A DNA stretch of 64,000 nucleotides. It comes from a bacterium. GTDB taxonomy: Bacteria; Actinomycetota; Acidimicrobiia; Spongiisociales; ZC4RG35. The position numbers and the translations under genes are program-made. The notes under the pieces are model-generated. The model saw nothing but the letters and a program-made list of their open reading frames with translations. It ran no database searches and was not told where the DNA came from. Shown one piece after another: positions 18,044-27,785 of the stretch (positions are counted from its first letter, which is position 1; each line of letters begins with the position of its first letter). The stretch lies in NCBI GenBank assembly GCA_028824015.1, contig JAPPFC010000017.1, positions 141,945-205,944 of the forward strand. The letters are read 5' to 3'.

Positions 18044-21000
18044 TTACCCACCTCCATAGGAGCCGGCGGCGGGCACTCGGACGATCTCCACGCGGCCTTC
18101 CCTGCCGTAGAGAACCGCAGCCAGGGACCTTACCGAGGCCAGGGTGACCGCATCCAGTTCCTCCAGGGAACTCTGGGCAGTTGGCAAATGGGCGTCGTTT
18201 AGGTACAGCCTGCTGATGAGGGCGTTGAGCAGGGCGCCGTTGCTGGGCACGCTGTAGTCAGCCCGGGCTACGGTCTTGGCTTGCTCCAGTTCTTCTGCGG
18301 TAGGTCCGTTGGCTACCAGATCGGCCAGGATCGAGAGGACCCGGTTGTATGCAGCCTCGTAACCGTCGGCATCGACCGTGAAAAACACGTTGGAAAAAAA
18401 CGTGGGCCGGGGAGTCAGGCCTGTTTGGATCGAGACCCCCGCAACATAGGAGGCGCCCAATTCCTGACGGACGAACCGGGTTAGGCGATCATCGAGGATC
18501 GATTCCAACACACGGCCATTGACTCGAACGGAAGGAGAAGCGGAAACCTCGACGTCGTGATACATCTGCAGCACGGCGGTCATGTCTGCGGTTACAGGGA
18601 TCTCCCGCCGCACCAACTCGGTGGGGGCGGGTCGGTGACGGTCCACGAAGGTGTCGGAATCGCCGGCCGGGAGGGTCCCGATATAATGGCGGGCCAGCCG
18701 CTCCACCTCCGCGGCGCTGGTATCTCCCACCACCGCCAGCATCATGTCGTCCACCTCGCCCAGGCGTTCCTGGTAGTAGCTGAGGAACGTCTCGGCGCTC
18801 AGGGTGGCCAACTGTTCCCGGGTGGCGTAGGGGTGGTGCCACTCGGCGCCGAAGCGGGCCTCGTTGTAGGCCACCCACGCCTTCCAAGCGGGATTCACTT
18901 CGGCAAACGAGGTGCGGATGGCGGTGCTGTTGAAGGCCTGGCCGAAGGCGAGATCGTCCACCCGTGGAGCAGTGACCGCCAGGTGCAGGAGTTGGAACAG
19001 CGTCTCCAGGTCTTCGGGGTTGGCGGCGCCGTCGAAGCCCTCGTCAGTTTCACCGATGACAGCCCCCAGCGATGCGGTGCTCTCTCCGAGGAACCGGTCC
19101 ATTTGCAGTTTGCTCAGATCACCGAAACCACTTCCGAATACCGCTTCCACCGCCCGAAAGGCCAGCGCCCGCGCGCCCGGATAGAGGGTTGACCACCCTC
19201 CCAGGGACCGCGCCCGGATGTTGACCGTCGCCTCTTCTATGTCGGAGTAGACGAACACCACGCGGGCTCCGTTGGCGAATTCCCACTCGGTGGCGTCCAG
19301 CACGGCCAGTGTCCGGGTGGCGACCGGATTCACCGGCTCGGGGACCTCCATCAACCTGTCGATCTCGGGCTCGATGGGCGGCGGCTCGCTGCGGGGCGCG
19401 GCCCCATCCACGGCGGCTTCCAGGGCGGCCGGGGTAGGCACGCTGGCCGCGTCGGGACCCACTGCCAGGACAATCAGGCCCGCCCGGTTCATCAGCCAGC
19501 GGAAGTGATCGGTCAACTCTCCAGCGGTAACACCCTCCAAAAGGGCTGAGAGCCGGTCATGGCGTTCCTGCGGCGCACTTATGTCCACCCCGGACAGGAA
19601 GTGGGAGACGTAACGCTGCGCATACTCACCGTCCCTGGTTGAGGGCGCATTGTCCAGTTGGTACTCCAGAGAGGTGGCGAACGCCTCGGTGGCGCGGGCC
19701 ACGTCGTCGTCGTTGAAACCGTAACGCTGGACCGTCTGCAACACCGAGACGTAGTCTCTCGAGGCCGAGTCAAGGTTCTCGCCCTGCCAGTTGGTGCCGT
19801 AGTATCGCAGGCCCTGGTTGTGGTTGAACGCATAGAACTCGGGCACATCGACCTGGGTCAGTTCACCGCGGTAGAAGGCATCCTCGAGTCGGTTCTGGAC
19901 CATGGTTGCGGCCAGGCTCTCCAACATGAGTAGACGGTCCCCGCCGACGGTGGCGTAGTCGAAAGTCGGGATCGCGATGTCGAGGGAGATGAAGGACAAT
20001 CCGTATTCGTCGTCCGTCACCACGTCGTAGGAGGACGCCGGGTCAGGGATGATCTCGTCAAGGGAGAAGTCCGGCGCGGTACCGGGCTCTATCGATCCGA
20101 AGTGCTGCTCGACCAGGGCGAAGAGCTCGTCGGCGGGCCGGTCACCGACCACCACGATCGCCATGTTCGACGGCACGTACCAGGTCTCGTAGAACTCCCG
20201 GAGGTCCTCGGCCGTGGTGGACTCGAGGGCGGCCACCGTCCCGATCGGGTAGTAGCCCTCATACGGTGTTCCCATGGTGTACACCCGGTCGAATTCGGCT
20301 GAGATACTGCCGCTGGCAGTGGCGGTCCGGAACCGCAACTCATCGATGACCACCCCACGCTCCGAATCCACCGCCTCCGGTTCGATGAGAGCCGCGTGGC
20401 CCATCTGCGACAGAATGTGCATCGCAGTGTTGACATTCTCGGCAGGATCCGTGGTGACCGTGATGTCGTAAACCGTCTGGTCGTACCAGACACCGGCGTT
20501 GAGGTCGGGACCGAATTCCACCCCGAGCGAACGCAGGGTGGCGTTGAACTCCTCGGCCGTGTAGGCCTCGGTTCCCCGGAAGAGCATGTGCTCCACAAAG
20601 TGGGCCATTCCCAAACCCTGCTCGGGCTCGTTGATGGACCCTGCTTTGACCGCCAGTCTCAGCGACACGCTGTTGCCGGGTTTGTCGTTCTGCTGCACGT
20701 AGTAGGTGTAACCGTTGTCGAGAGTGCCGACCCGGACCGCCGGATCGGTCGGCAGCGGAGTCGAGTCCAGCGCAGGTTGGTAACCGGGCCGGGCCACCAG
20801 ACCTGTGGCACGCGCCAGGAAACTTGCCATCTGGCCCCGGGTCACCGCCCGGGAGGGACAGAACAGGTAAGGGTCGGCGGAGCAACCGGTGGTCAGCCGG
20901 GCGGCGGCCAGAGCGTTGATGTCGGATGCGTCTTCGACGCCGTCCAAGTCACCGAACCCGACGTAGCCGGTTGGTTGGAGGTTGAAGGCGCGGACCAGGA

Positions 21001-21442
21001 CTGTGGCGATCTCGGCCCGGGTGATGGCGTCCTCGGGACAGAAACCGAGCGGATCCTCCGAGCACGCCTCCATGATGCCCAGGTCGACCAACCTCTCGAT
21101 GTGGGGGGCAGCCCAGGCTATCCCGTCGTCCAGGTCGGCGAACCGCCTGGTCGCCGCTTCCTGATCAGTATTGAAGCCGAACCCGTAGGCGGCCCTGGAG
21201 ACCCACACCGCCGCCGCCCAACGCGTCACCGGCTCTTCGGGACAGAAGTTGCCGTCTTCGCAATCGGTGTCGATCAGGAGCCCTATGGCCTGCAGGGCTT
21301 CGATCGCCGGCGCGTGGGCCGTCTGAGGGGAAACATCGTCATAGGTGCCTGCATCGGCAGCGACAACCGGGTTGGCCACGAGTGTCGCAAGGAGTGTCAG
21401 GGCAACGAAAAGGGTAAGCAGCCGGGAAGATCGAACCACCAC
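18044..21442 (-). CDS. exported SLH-anchored M16-family zinc peptidase (insulinase-like, two M16 units)
   Basis: 1132 aa; signal-like N-terminus; three SLH-like repeats with C-x-FCP...TR(A/G)(E/Q) motifs; inverted zinc motif HFVEHMLF (HxxEH) and M16 domain pattern. Confidence 0.8.
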   Translation of the reverse strand: MVVRSSRLLTLFVALTLLATLVANPVVAADAGTYDDVSPQTAHAPAIEALQAIGLLIDTDCEDGNFCPEEPVTRWAAAVWVSRAAYGFGFNTDQEAATRRFADLDDGIAWAAPHIERLVDLGIMEACSEDPLGFCPEDAITRAEIATVLVRAFNLQPTGYVGFGDLDGVEDASDINALAAARLTTGCSADPYLFCPSRAVTRGQMASFLARATGLVARPGYQPALDSTPLPTDPAVRVGTLDNGYTYYVQQNDKPGNSVSLRLAVKAGSINEPEQGLGMAHFVEHMLFRGTEAYTAEEFNATLRSLGVEFGPDLNAGVWYDQTVYDITVTTDPAENVNTAMHILSQMGHAALIEPEAVDSERGVVIDELRFRTATASGSISAEFDRVYTMGTPYEGYYPIGTVAALESTTAEDLREFYETWYVPSNMAIVVVGDRPADELFALVEQHFGSIEPGTAPDFSLDEIIPDPASSYDVVTDDEYGLSFISLDIAIPTFDYATVGGDRLLMLESLAATMVQNRLEDAFYRGELTQVDVPEFYAFNHNQGLRYYGTNWQGENLDSASRDYVSVLQTVQRYGFNDDDVARATEAFATSLEYQLDNAPSTRDGEYAQRYVSHFLSGVDISAPQERHDRLSALLEGVTAGELTDHFRWLMNRAGLIVLAVGPDAASVPTPAALEAAVDGAAPRSEPPPIEPEIDRLMEVPEPVNPVATRTLAVLDATEWEFANGARVVFVYSDIEEATVNIRARSLGGWSTLYPGARALAFRAVEAVFGSGFGDLSKLQMDRFLGESTASLGAVIGETDEGFDGAANPEDLETLFQLLHLAVTAPRVDDLAFGQAFNSTAIRTSFAEVNPAWKAWVAYNEARFGAEWHHPYATREQLATLSAETFLSYYQERLGEVDDMMLAVVGDTSAAEVERLARHYIGTLPAGDSDTFVDRHRPAPTELVRREIPVTADMTAVLQMYHDVEVSASPSVRVNGRVLESILDDRLTRFVRQELGASYVAGVSIQTGLTPRPTFFSNVFFTVDADGYEAAYNRVLSILADLVANGPTAEELEQAKTVARADYSVPSNGALLNALISRLYLNDAHLPTAQSSLEELDAVTLASVRSLAAVLYGREGRVEIVRVPAAGSYGGG

Positions 21443-21588
21443 AGAAATCCTCCAACGGAAGGGGTCAGGAATGGCTACATAGGGTACTACGCAAAACGGT
21501 TATCGAACCATCGAGATCGGTGGGACCGCTGGAAGATGCCGGTGGGAAACCCGAACGCAGGTCTCGCAAAGAACAGAACCGAGAAGAG

Positions 21589-21659
21589 AGCGGGTGAGGG
21601 GAATCGAACCCCCACTCCGAGCTTGGGAAGCTCGTGTTCTGCCATTGAACTACACCCGC
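21589..21659 (-). tRNA. tRNA-Gly (anticodon CCC)
   Basis: Manual cloverleaf: acceptor stem GCGGGTG/CACCCGC, D arm GTTC..GAAC, anticodon stem CGAGC/GCTCG with loop TTCCCAA, T-loop TTCGATT, discriminator U, no encoded CCA. Confidence 0.8.
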
Positions 21660-21714
21660 CGGCCAAGAGTTCCTTAGTCTAGAGAGGCGCCCCAAGCGTG
21701 TGGGGAGGAGGGCC

Positions 21715-22563
21715 TCAGGACCCGGCGGACGGGAACGTGTACTGGAACACCCCGCCGGTGCGGACCATCTCGGCGGCGATGGCGTCGGCGTGTTCTATGA
21801 ACCGGCGGAGCATGGCGTTGACCTGGTCGGGAACGTCCTGTAGGGCCTTGTGCCCGGAGCCCACCGTCTTTCCGATCACGACCTGGGGACAGAGTTCCCT
21901 CAGCCAGTCGAAGTCCACGCCGGGCTGGCCGCAGTCGATGTACAGATAGGGCGCCTTCACCTTGGGCAGCACCGGGACGGGGTCGAACCGGGTCATGGTC
22001 TGCCAGCCGTTGACCAGCACGAAGTCAGGGACGGCCGCCATCCTCTCCATGAAGTCCTCCGCATGAGCGGGGTCGGTGGAGAGATAGGCGGCGCCGATGA
22101 AGGTGAACAGCGCTTCCCGAAGGGGGCCTCCATGGACCATCAGATGATTGAAAGGGTCGATGTAGTTCTTGGTCCACCCCGGGGCGTTACTGGGCGAGTC
22201 GAGGCTGGCTATCGCCCCCACCAGGTCGGGGTGCCGGGCGGCGGCGCTGATCACCACCTGTCCTCCCATGCTCTGGCCGATCAGAACCGGTTTGTTCAAT
22301 CCAAGGTGGCGAATCAACTCGGCTACATGGTCGGCATGTTCGTACATGCTGACATACCGATCAGACTGGTCGCTCTCGCCCGTGTTGCCAATCAGATCGA
22401 CAGCGATGCAGCGGTGGCTGGGAGAGAAGTATTCCTCCTGGAGTCCGAATCCTCCCCGGCTGCCGTACACGCCGTGTACGAAAATTATCGCCGGATCACC
22501 CGAGCCGATCTCGTGGTAGGCCATCCGTTCGCCGCCCGCGGTGGTGAACCATTTGGTGTCCAT
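21715..22563 (-). CDS. alpha/beta-fold hydrolase
   Basis: 282 aa; HG oxyanion motif (IFVHGVYGS) and nucleophile elbow GQSMGG. Confidence 0.75.
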   Translation of the reverse strand: MDTKWFTTAGGERMAYHEIGSGDPAIIFVHGVYGSRGGFGLQEEYFSPSHRCIAVDLIGNTGESDQSDRYVSMYEHADHVAELIRHLGLNKPVLIGQSMGGQVVISAAARHPDLVGAIASLDSPSNAPGWTKNYIDPFNHLMVHGGPLREALFTFIGAAYLSTDPAHAEDFMERMAAVPDFVLVNGWQTMTRFDPVPVLPKVKAPYLYIDCGQPGVDFDWLRELCPQVVIGKTVGSGHKALQDVPDQVNAMLRRFIEHADAIAAEMVRTGGVFQYTFPSAGS

Positions 22564-22623
22564 CTGGCAGGTCAGTCTACCTCCGGCGGCCCCTCAGGGT
22601 CGCTTGACAATCGACGAGAGCCG

Positions 22624-23742
22624 TCAAACCCCGATGGCCACCCTTCGGCCCTCGCGGCTCGAGGTGATGACCGCATCAATTATCCGGTGGAGGCCCACTC
22701 CGTCATCGAAGTCGGGGCGGAAGCGTCGTCCCTCCCGGATGGAAGCGGCGAAGTCCTCCAGCGCTCTTGCCACGTTGTAGCCGGAGTCGCGTTCGGTCAG
22801 CGTCGTCTCCGAGAAAAACTCGCCGGGGATCTCCACCTGCTCGAGATGGTCCGTCTCGCTGCTTCCGACGGAGACTTTCAAGGGCCCCACTGACAACCTG
22901 ACGGGGCTGAACTGGTAGTAGGAGGGCGCTCCCAGGAGGATCTGTCCCTCTTCTCCAAGGATTCGCAGGGAGTATCCGAGAGGAGGAGATGTGGTGTTCG
23001 AGGCGTACGCAGTCCCGATGACGCCTCCTTCCAACTCGGCGATGGCCATCACCGTGTCGGCGGTCTTCCACTCGAAGGTCCCCCCCTCGCTGAACACCCC
23101 CGGCGGCGAGAGGGTCATCTGGCGGCCGGAGATGTTCACCACGTCTCCCAGGATGAACCGCACCGAGTCCATCACATGGCCGAACGCCACGAACAGCGCT
23201 CCGCTTGCCTCCTCATGACGCACCAGCCAAGCCCGGTCGGAGTCCACTTCGAACTTGGAGAGCATCTGGGAGACGACGAAGGAGAGTGGACGGCCGATGG
23301 CGCCGTCGGCCAGGAGCTTTCGCGCCCACCCGACCGCCGGGGCGAAGCGGCCCTGCAGGCCCACCGCGGTGGGAATCCCTCCTTGCGCCGCCGCAGCCGC
23401 CATCTCCAGTCCCTCGGCGGTGTTCAAGGCCAGGGGCCACTCACAGAAGACCGGCTTTCCGGCGCGGAGAGCCGCCATGGACAGCGGATGGTGAAGGCGG
23501 GGCCGGACCGCAACCGTCACCAGGTCCACATCGGGGTCGTCGCACAGGTCTTCTATGCCCGCGTACCATTTGCGGGCGCCCCACTTCTCGGCGGCCGCCC
23601 TGGCGGTCTCCTCCCGGGTGGTGCAGACCGCCTCCAACGTCATTCCGGGAGAAGATTGGATGGCCGGCAGATGGGCCCGGTCGCCGAAGCCGGGCGGGCT
23701 GGCGCCCACCACTCCCACTCGAACTGGTTGGTTGTTGCTCAT
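22624..23742 (-). CDS. Gfo/Idh/MocA-family NAD(P)-dependent oxidoreductase
   Basis: Internal start MSNNQPVRVGVVG gives a Rossmann GxGxxG N-terminus; EWPLA motif; the ORF-track start at 23844 overlaps hyuB. Confidence 0.8.
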   Translation of the reverse strand: MSNNQPVRVGVVGASPPGFGDRAHLPAIQSSPGMTLEAVCTTREETARAAAEKWGARKWYAGIEDLCDDPDVDLVTVAVRPRLHHPLSMAALRAGKPVFCEWPLALNTAEGLEMAAAAAQGGIPTAVGLQGRFAPAVGWARKLLADGAIGRPLSFVVSQMLSKFEVDSDRAWLVRHEEASGALFVAFGHVMDSVRFILGDVVNISGRQMTLSPPGVFSEGGTFEWKTADTVMAIAELEGGVIGTAYASNTTSPPLGYSLRILGEEGQILLGAPSYYQFSPVRLSVGPLKVSVGSSETDHLEQVEIPGEFFSETTLTERDSGYNVARALEDFAASIREGRRFRPDFDDGVGLHRIIDAVITSSREGRRVAIGV

Positions 23743-23794
23743 CGTGAAGCCCTTTCCGCTATTTCGCCTGTGCCGACCGGAGGCGTGGTCCCGA

Positions 23795-25531
23795 CTATAA
23801 GAGACCCCGACGCTCCGATCGGAGCGCCTCGGTGGCACTCTCATCCATCTGATAGTCCTCCGGGAGGCGGACCATCCGTTCGGCCGGTCCCGTGTAGCGG
23901 ATCACCACCCCGTAGTCCCGCTGCGCCCCGGCCACCGAGACGTATCCGTCCACCACGTCGGCCAGCACCATGGCGGGGTCTCGGTCCAGCGGATCGCCGA
24001 AACCCCCGCCGCCGGGAAGGTTGAGTTGCACTCGCTGATCCGGCCGGAGCGTCAGCAGCGCCTTGGGCTGGCCCCTCTCCTGGCCGGCGAGGAGAAACTC
24101 CCCTCGTGCGCCCGGTCCGCCTCCCAGCATCCCCTCGGGTGGATGGTTGATCCGGTCCACCATGGCCGAGACCGTCCATGCCTCCTCGGTGCGACATCCC
24201 ATCTCGGTGTACTGTCCAAGACCCCCCCGGTAGCGGCCCGGCCCTCCGGAGTCGGGACGGAGTTCCCGGCGGTGCTGGATCAGCGACGAGAGGGTCTCCA
24301 CGGCTTCGGCGGGCACGCCCGCCACCCCGCTGGGGAAACCGGTCGCGCTGAGGCCGTCCTTTCCGGCCCGGGCGCCTCCGCCTCCGCACTGGAAGAGACT
24401 GAAGGTGAACAGGTCTTGCTGGTCGGCAGGCCGGCCCCGCCAGACGCTGATCCAGATCGGGTCGGATCCGGCCGCCATCAGGGGCAATGCCTCCGCCAGC
24501 GCCCCGAAGATCACGCCCGGCAGGAAGTGTCCCAGGATGTGGCGCGAAGCCACCGCGGCGGGCGGTCGGCAGTTGAGGATGGAGCCGGGGGGAGCGGAGA
24601 CATGCACCGGCCGGAAAGCGCCCTCGTTGTGGGGCACCTCGGGGCTGACCGCCGCCTTCATGGCGAAGGAGGCGTAGGCGTGGGTGTAGTTGAAGACCAC
24701 ATTGATCCCTCGCCTGCTCTGGGGCGAGGAGCCGGCGAAGTCGATGTGGATATCCCGGTCCTCGACTACTACCGCCACTTTGATCCTGATCGGTTCCTCG
24801 AACCCGTCGCTCCAGGTCTCGTGCTCGTAGCGGCCGTTCGGGATGGTCTCGATCGACCGGCGCATCGCCTCCTCGGAGCGGTCCATTATCTCACGGGCGA
24901 CCGGATCGATGGAGTCCAGGTCGAACTCATCCATGAACTCGAGGAGCGCGCGGGCGCCCACCTCGTTGCTGGTGGTCTGGGCGTACAGGTCGCCAACCGT
25001 CTCGTCGGGAGTGCGCACGTTGGCCCGGATCAGCCTGATGAGATCCCGGTTGATCTCGCCTGCCCGGAACAGTTTCATGATGGGCAGTCGCAGTCCCTCC
25101 TCATAGACCTCGCGGGCCTCGGCGGAGAGGATCCTGCCTCCTATGTCTGCCGCGTGGCAGGTGTTGGCGAAGTACCCGACGATCCTCCCCCCCCGGAACA
25201 CCGGGGTGGCGACGGTGATGTCGTTGATCTGCCCGGCGGTCATCCACGGGTCGTTGGTGAGGAGCACATCGCCTTCAACCAGCCGATCGGGAGGGTATTC
25301 GGCCAGCAGATGACGCATCCCGGTGGCCATGGCGTTGATGTGGCCCGGGGTGCCGGTGAGCGACTGGGCCACCATGGCGCCTTCGGTGTTGAACACCCCG
25401 CAGGCCAGGTCCTGGGTCTCGCGGACGATGGTGCTGAACGCGGTCCGCATCAGGGCCACCTGCTGTTCGTTCACCACCGAGAGGAGCCTGTTCCACAGAA
25501 CTTCCAAGAAGATGGGGTCCATCCCGCTCAT
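23795..25531 (-). CDS. hyuB: hydantoinase B / 5-oxoprolinase family protein
   Basis: 578 aa; family-typical N-terminus (DPIFLEVLWNRL...) and length; directly downstream of hyuA with a 4-nt overlap. Confidence 0.85.
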   Translation of the reverse strand: MSGMDPIFLEVLWNRLLSVVNEQQVALMRTAFSTIVRETQDLACGVFNTEGAMVAQSLTGTPGHINAMATGMRHLLAEYPPDRLVEGDVLLTNDPWMTAGQINDITVATPVFRGGRIVGYFANTCHAADIGGRILSAEAREVYEEGLRLPIMKLFRAGEINRDLIRLIRANVRTPDETVGDLYAQTTSNEVGARALLEFMDEFDLDSIDPVAREIMDRSEEAMRRSIETIPNGRYEHETWSDGFEEPIRIKVAVVVEDRDIHIDFAGSSPQSRRGINVVFNYTHAYASFAMKAAVSPEVPHNEGAFRPVHVSAPPGSILNCRPPAAVASRHILGHFLPGVIFGALAEALPLMAAGSDPIWISVWRGRPADQQDLFTFSLFQCGGGGARAGKDGLSATGFPSGVAGVPAEAVETLSSLIQHRRELRPDSGGPGRYRGGLGQYTEMGCRTEEAWTVSAMVDRINHPPEGMLGGGPGARGEFLLAGQERGQPKALLTLRPDQRVQLNLPGGGGFGDPLDRDPAMVLADVVDGYVSVAGAQRDYGVVIRYTGPAERMVRLPEDYQMDESATEALRSERRGLL

Positions 25532-27648
25532 TCTCCGACGTCCCCTACGCCTGGTGTCACCACCAGGTTCAATTGAGAGTCCACCCGGATGCGGGCCCCC
25601 GGGCCCACCACCGCGGTCGACTCCCGTTCCTCGATGATGGCCTGCCCGGTCATCTCGTCGCCCGGCCTCAGCAGGTAGCGGTCGTAAACCGGCGTGTCCC
25701 GATAGTCCGAGTACTCCGGGAAGTAGGCCGGTCTCATTCCCTTCAGTGCGCCCCGGTCGGCAGGAGGCGGGTCACCGGTCGGTTGGTGGATGCTGGGCGC
25801 CGGCCCGGAACTCACCACCCTCCAGGTGAGCGCCTCCAGTCCTACTGCGGGGCCTGACCGTCCGTAGAGCTCCCGATAGACCCGGTCAAAGCTCTGCTGC
25901 AGGGGCAGTTCGTCATCCTCTCCCAAGGACCCTCCGGGTACCGGGACCCGAACCTCGTGGCCCTGTCCTATGTAACGGATGTCGACGCTGCGGGCGTGGG
26001 TGATCTCATCCGGGACCACCCCCGATGCGGTCAGCAGTTCGGTTCCCTGCCTTTCGAGATAAGCAAACAGCCGGTTGAGGTACTCCCAGTCGAGGTCGTC
26101 CAACCGGGCATAGTGGGATTGGACGAAATCGAATGCCAGGGGAGCGACCAGGAAACCCAACGCCGAGGTGACCCCGGCGGAAGGGGGGAGGACCAGAGAG
26201 GGGCTGCCGGTCAGTTCCGCAACCCGGTATCCGTGCACCGGCCCCGCCCCCCCGAAGGCGGCCAGCGGCAACGACCGGGGACTCTTGCCCCGCTCCACGA
26301 CATGCACGCGGGCGGCGTTGGCCATGTTCTCATTCACCAATTGGTGGATCCCCCACGCCGCCTCGGTCACCGACAGCCCCATCGGTCCGGCGATCCGGGC
26401 CTCGATGGACCGGCGGGCCGCTTCGGCGTCGAGTTCCATGCGGCCGCCCAGGAAGTAGTGAGGATCGAGGTATCCGAGGACCAGGTCGGCATCGGTGACG
26501 GTCGGCTGGGTCCCGCCCAGGCCATAGCACACCGGTCCCGGGTCCGATCCGGCCGACTCCGGTCCGATCTTTAGCAGTCCGAGTGGGTTGATCCGGGCGA
26601 TCGAGCCTCCTCCCGCCCCGATCTCGATCATCTCGATCACCGGCACCTTCACCGGCAGACCCGAGCCCTTCCGGAACCGGTACCGCCGGTCGACCTCGAA
26701 GTCGTATGTGACTGCCGGACGCCGGTCGGCGATCACGCACAGCTTGGCGGTGGTGCCCCCCATGTCGAAGGAGAGCAGGTTGTCCACCCCGGCGTCCGCA
26801 CCGAGGGACGCGGCCGCCAGCGCCCCTGCGGCCGGGCCGGATTCCAGCAGCCGGATGGGGAAGCGGGTGGCGGTATCCACGGTGGCTATACCACCCGACG
26901 ACAGCATCACGAAGAAGGATCCCTCGAACCCCAGATCGGAGAGGCGGCCCTCCAATCCCGACAGGTATTGCTCGGCGAGGGGCTGGACGTAGACGTTGGC
27001 GATGGTGGTGGAGGCGCGTTCGTATTCACGGATCTCAGGTGCCACCTCCGATGAGATCGAGACCCGCATCCGGGGAGCGGCGCGGTTCACTGCCCGGCGA
27101 GCGGCGCGTTCGTTGGCGGGATTGGCGAAACTGTGGAGAAAGCTGATCGCCACCGCTTCGATCCCCCGCTCGGCCAACTCGGCGGCGAGGGCCTCCACAA
27201 ACTCCTCGTCAACTTCCCGAAGCATCTCGCCCCCCGCCGCCATCCTTTCGGGAACGTCGAATCGAAGATGGCGAGGGGTGAGGGGAACGGGCATCTCCAG
27301 GAACAGGTCGTAGAGTTCGTAGCGGTGCTCCCGTCCGATCTCCACCGAGTCCCGGAAACCCCGGGTGGCCAGCAGAGCGGTGCTGGCGCCCTTGCGCTCG
27401 ATGATGGTGTTGGTCACCAGAGTGGTCCCATGCACCAGGTGCCTGACGTCCGACGCCCGAAGGCCTGATCTGTCAAGAGCCCGGACCAGGACTTCTTCCA
27501 CTCCCCGGGAAGGATCGTCGGGGGTGGTCAGGACCTTGCCCACCACCGTCTCTCCGGACAGGTCGTCGATCAACATCAGATCGGTGAAGGTGCCTCCGAT
27601 GTCAACCCCGATGCGAAAAGTGGCCGCTGGCGAGCCGGATGTCTTCAT
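25528..27648 (-). CDS. hyuA: hydantoinase A / 5-oxoprolinase family protein (ASKHA fold)
   Basis: 706 aa; N-terminal IGVDIGGTFTD actin-like ATPase motif typical of HyuA. Confidence 0.85.
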   Translation of the reverse strand: MKTSGSPAATFRIGVDIGGTFTDLMLIDDLSGETVVGKVLTTPDDPSRGVEEVLVRALDRSGLRASDVRHLVHGTTLVTNTIIERKGASTALLATRGFRDSVEIGREHRYELYDLFLEMPVPLTPRHLRFDVPERMAAGGEMLREVDEEFVEALAAELAERGIEAVAISFLHSFANPANERAARRAVNRAAPRMRVSISSEVAPEIREYERASTTIANVYVQPLAEQYLSGLEGRLSDLGFEGSFFVMLSSGGIATVDTATRFPIRLLESGPAAGALAAASLGADAGVDNLLSFDMGGTTAKLCVIADRRPAVTYDFEVDRRYRFRKGSGLPVKVPVIEMIEIGAGGGSIARINPLGLLKIGPESAGSDPGPVCYGLGGTQPTVTDADLVLGYLDPHYFLGGRMELDAEAARRSIEARIAGPMGLSVTEAAWGIHQLVNENMANAARVHVVERGKSPRSLPLAAFGGAGPVHGYRVAELTGSPSLVLPPSAGVTSALGFLVAPLAFDFVQSHYARLDDLDWEYLNRLFAYLERQGTELLTASGVVPDEITHARSVDIRYIGQGHEVRVPVPGGSLGEDDELPLQQSFDRVYRELYGRSGPAVGLEALTWRVVSSGPAPSIHQPTGDPPPADRGALKGMRPAYFPEYSDYRDTPVYDRYLLRPGDEMTGQAIIEERESTAVVGPGARIRVDSQLNLVVTPGVGDVGE

Positions 27649-27785
27649 GAAAGCGTCAAGCGAGGGAGGGTCGGGGAATCGGAACTGAATTCAGGTTACT
27701 GCCCCGGGTGTTTGGGGCTCATCAGGGTATTCGGATGGGTGGATCCAAAGCCGGATCCAGGTAGGGGGCTGGCACATAGTCTGGG

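Noticed and set aside
20396-21682. 428-aa plus-strand ORF spanning the M16 peptidase 5-prime end and the tRNA-Gly locus
   Set aside because: It runs antisense to the peptidase and straight through a tRNA gene, so it is not plausible as a CDS.
21443-21714. Integrated mobile element at tRNA-Gly
   Set aside because: The tRNA 3-prime end faces the M16 peptidase gene directly. There is no integrase, no direct repeat of the tRNA 3-prime end and no compositional shift nearby.
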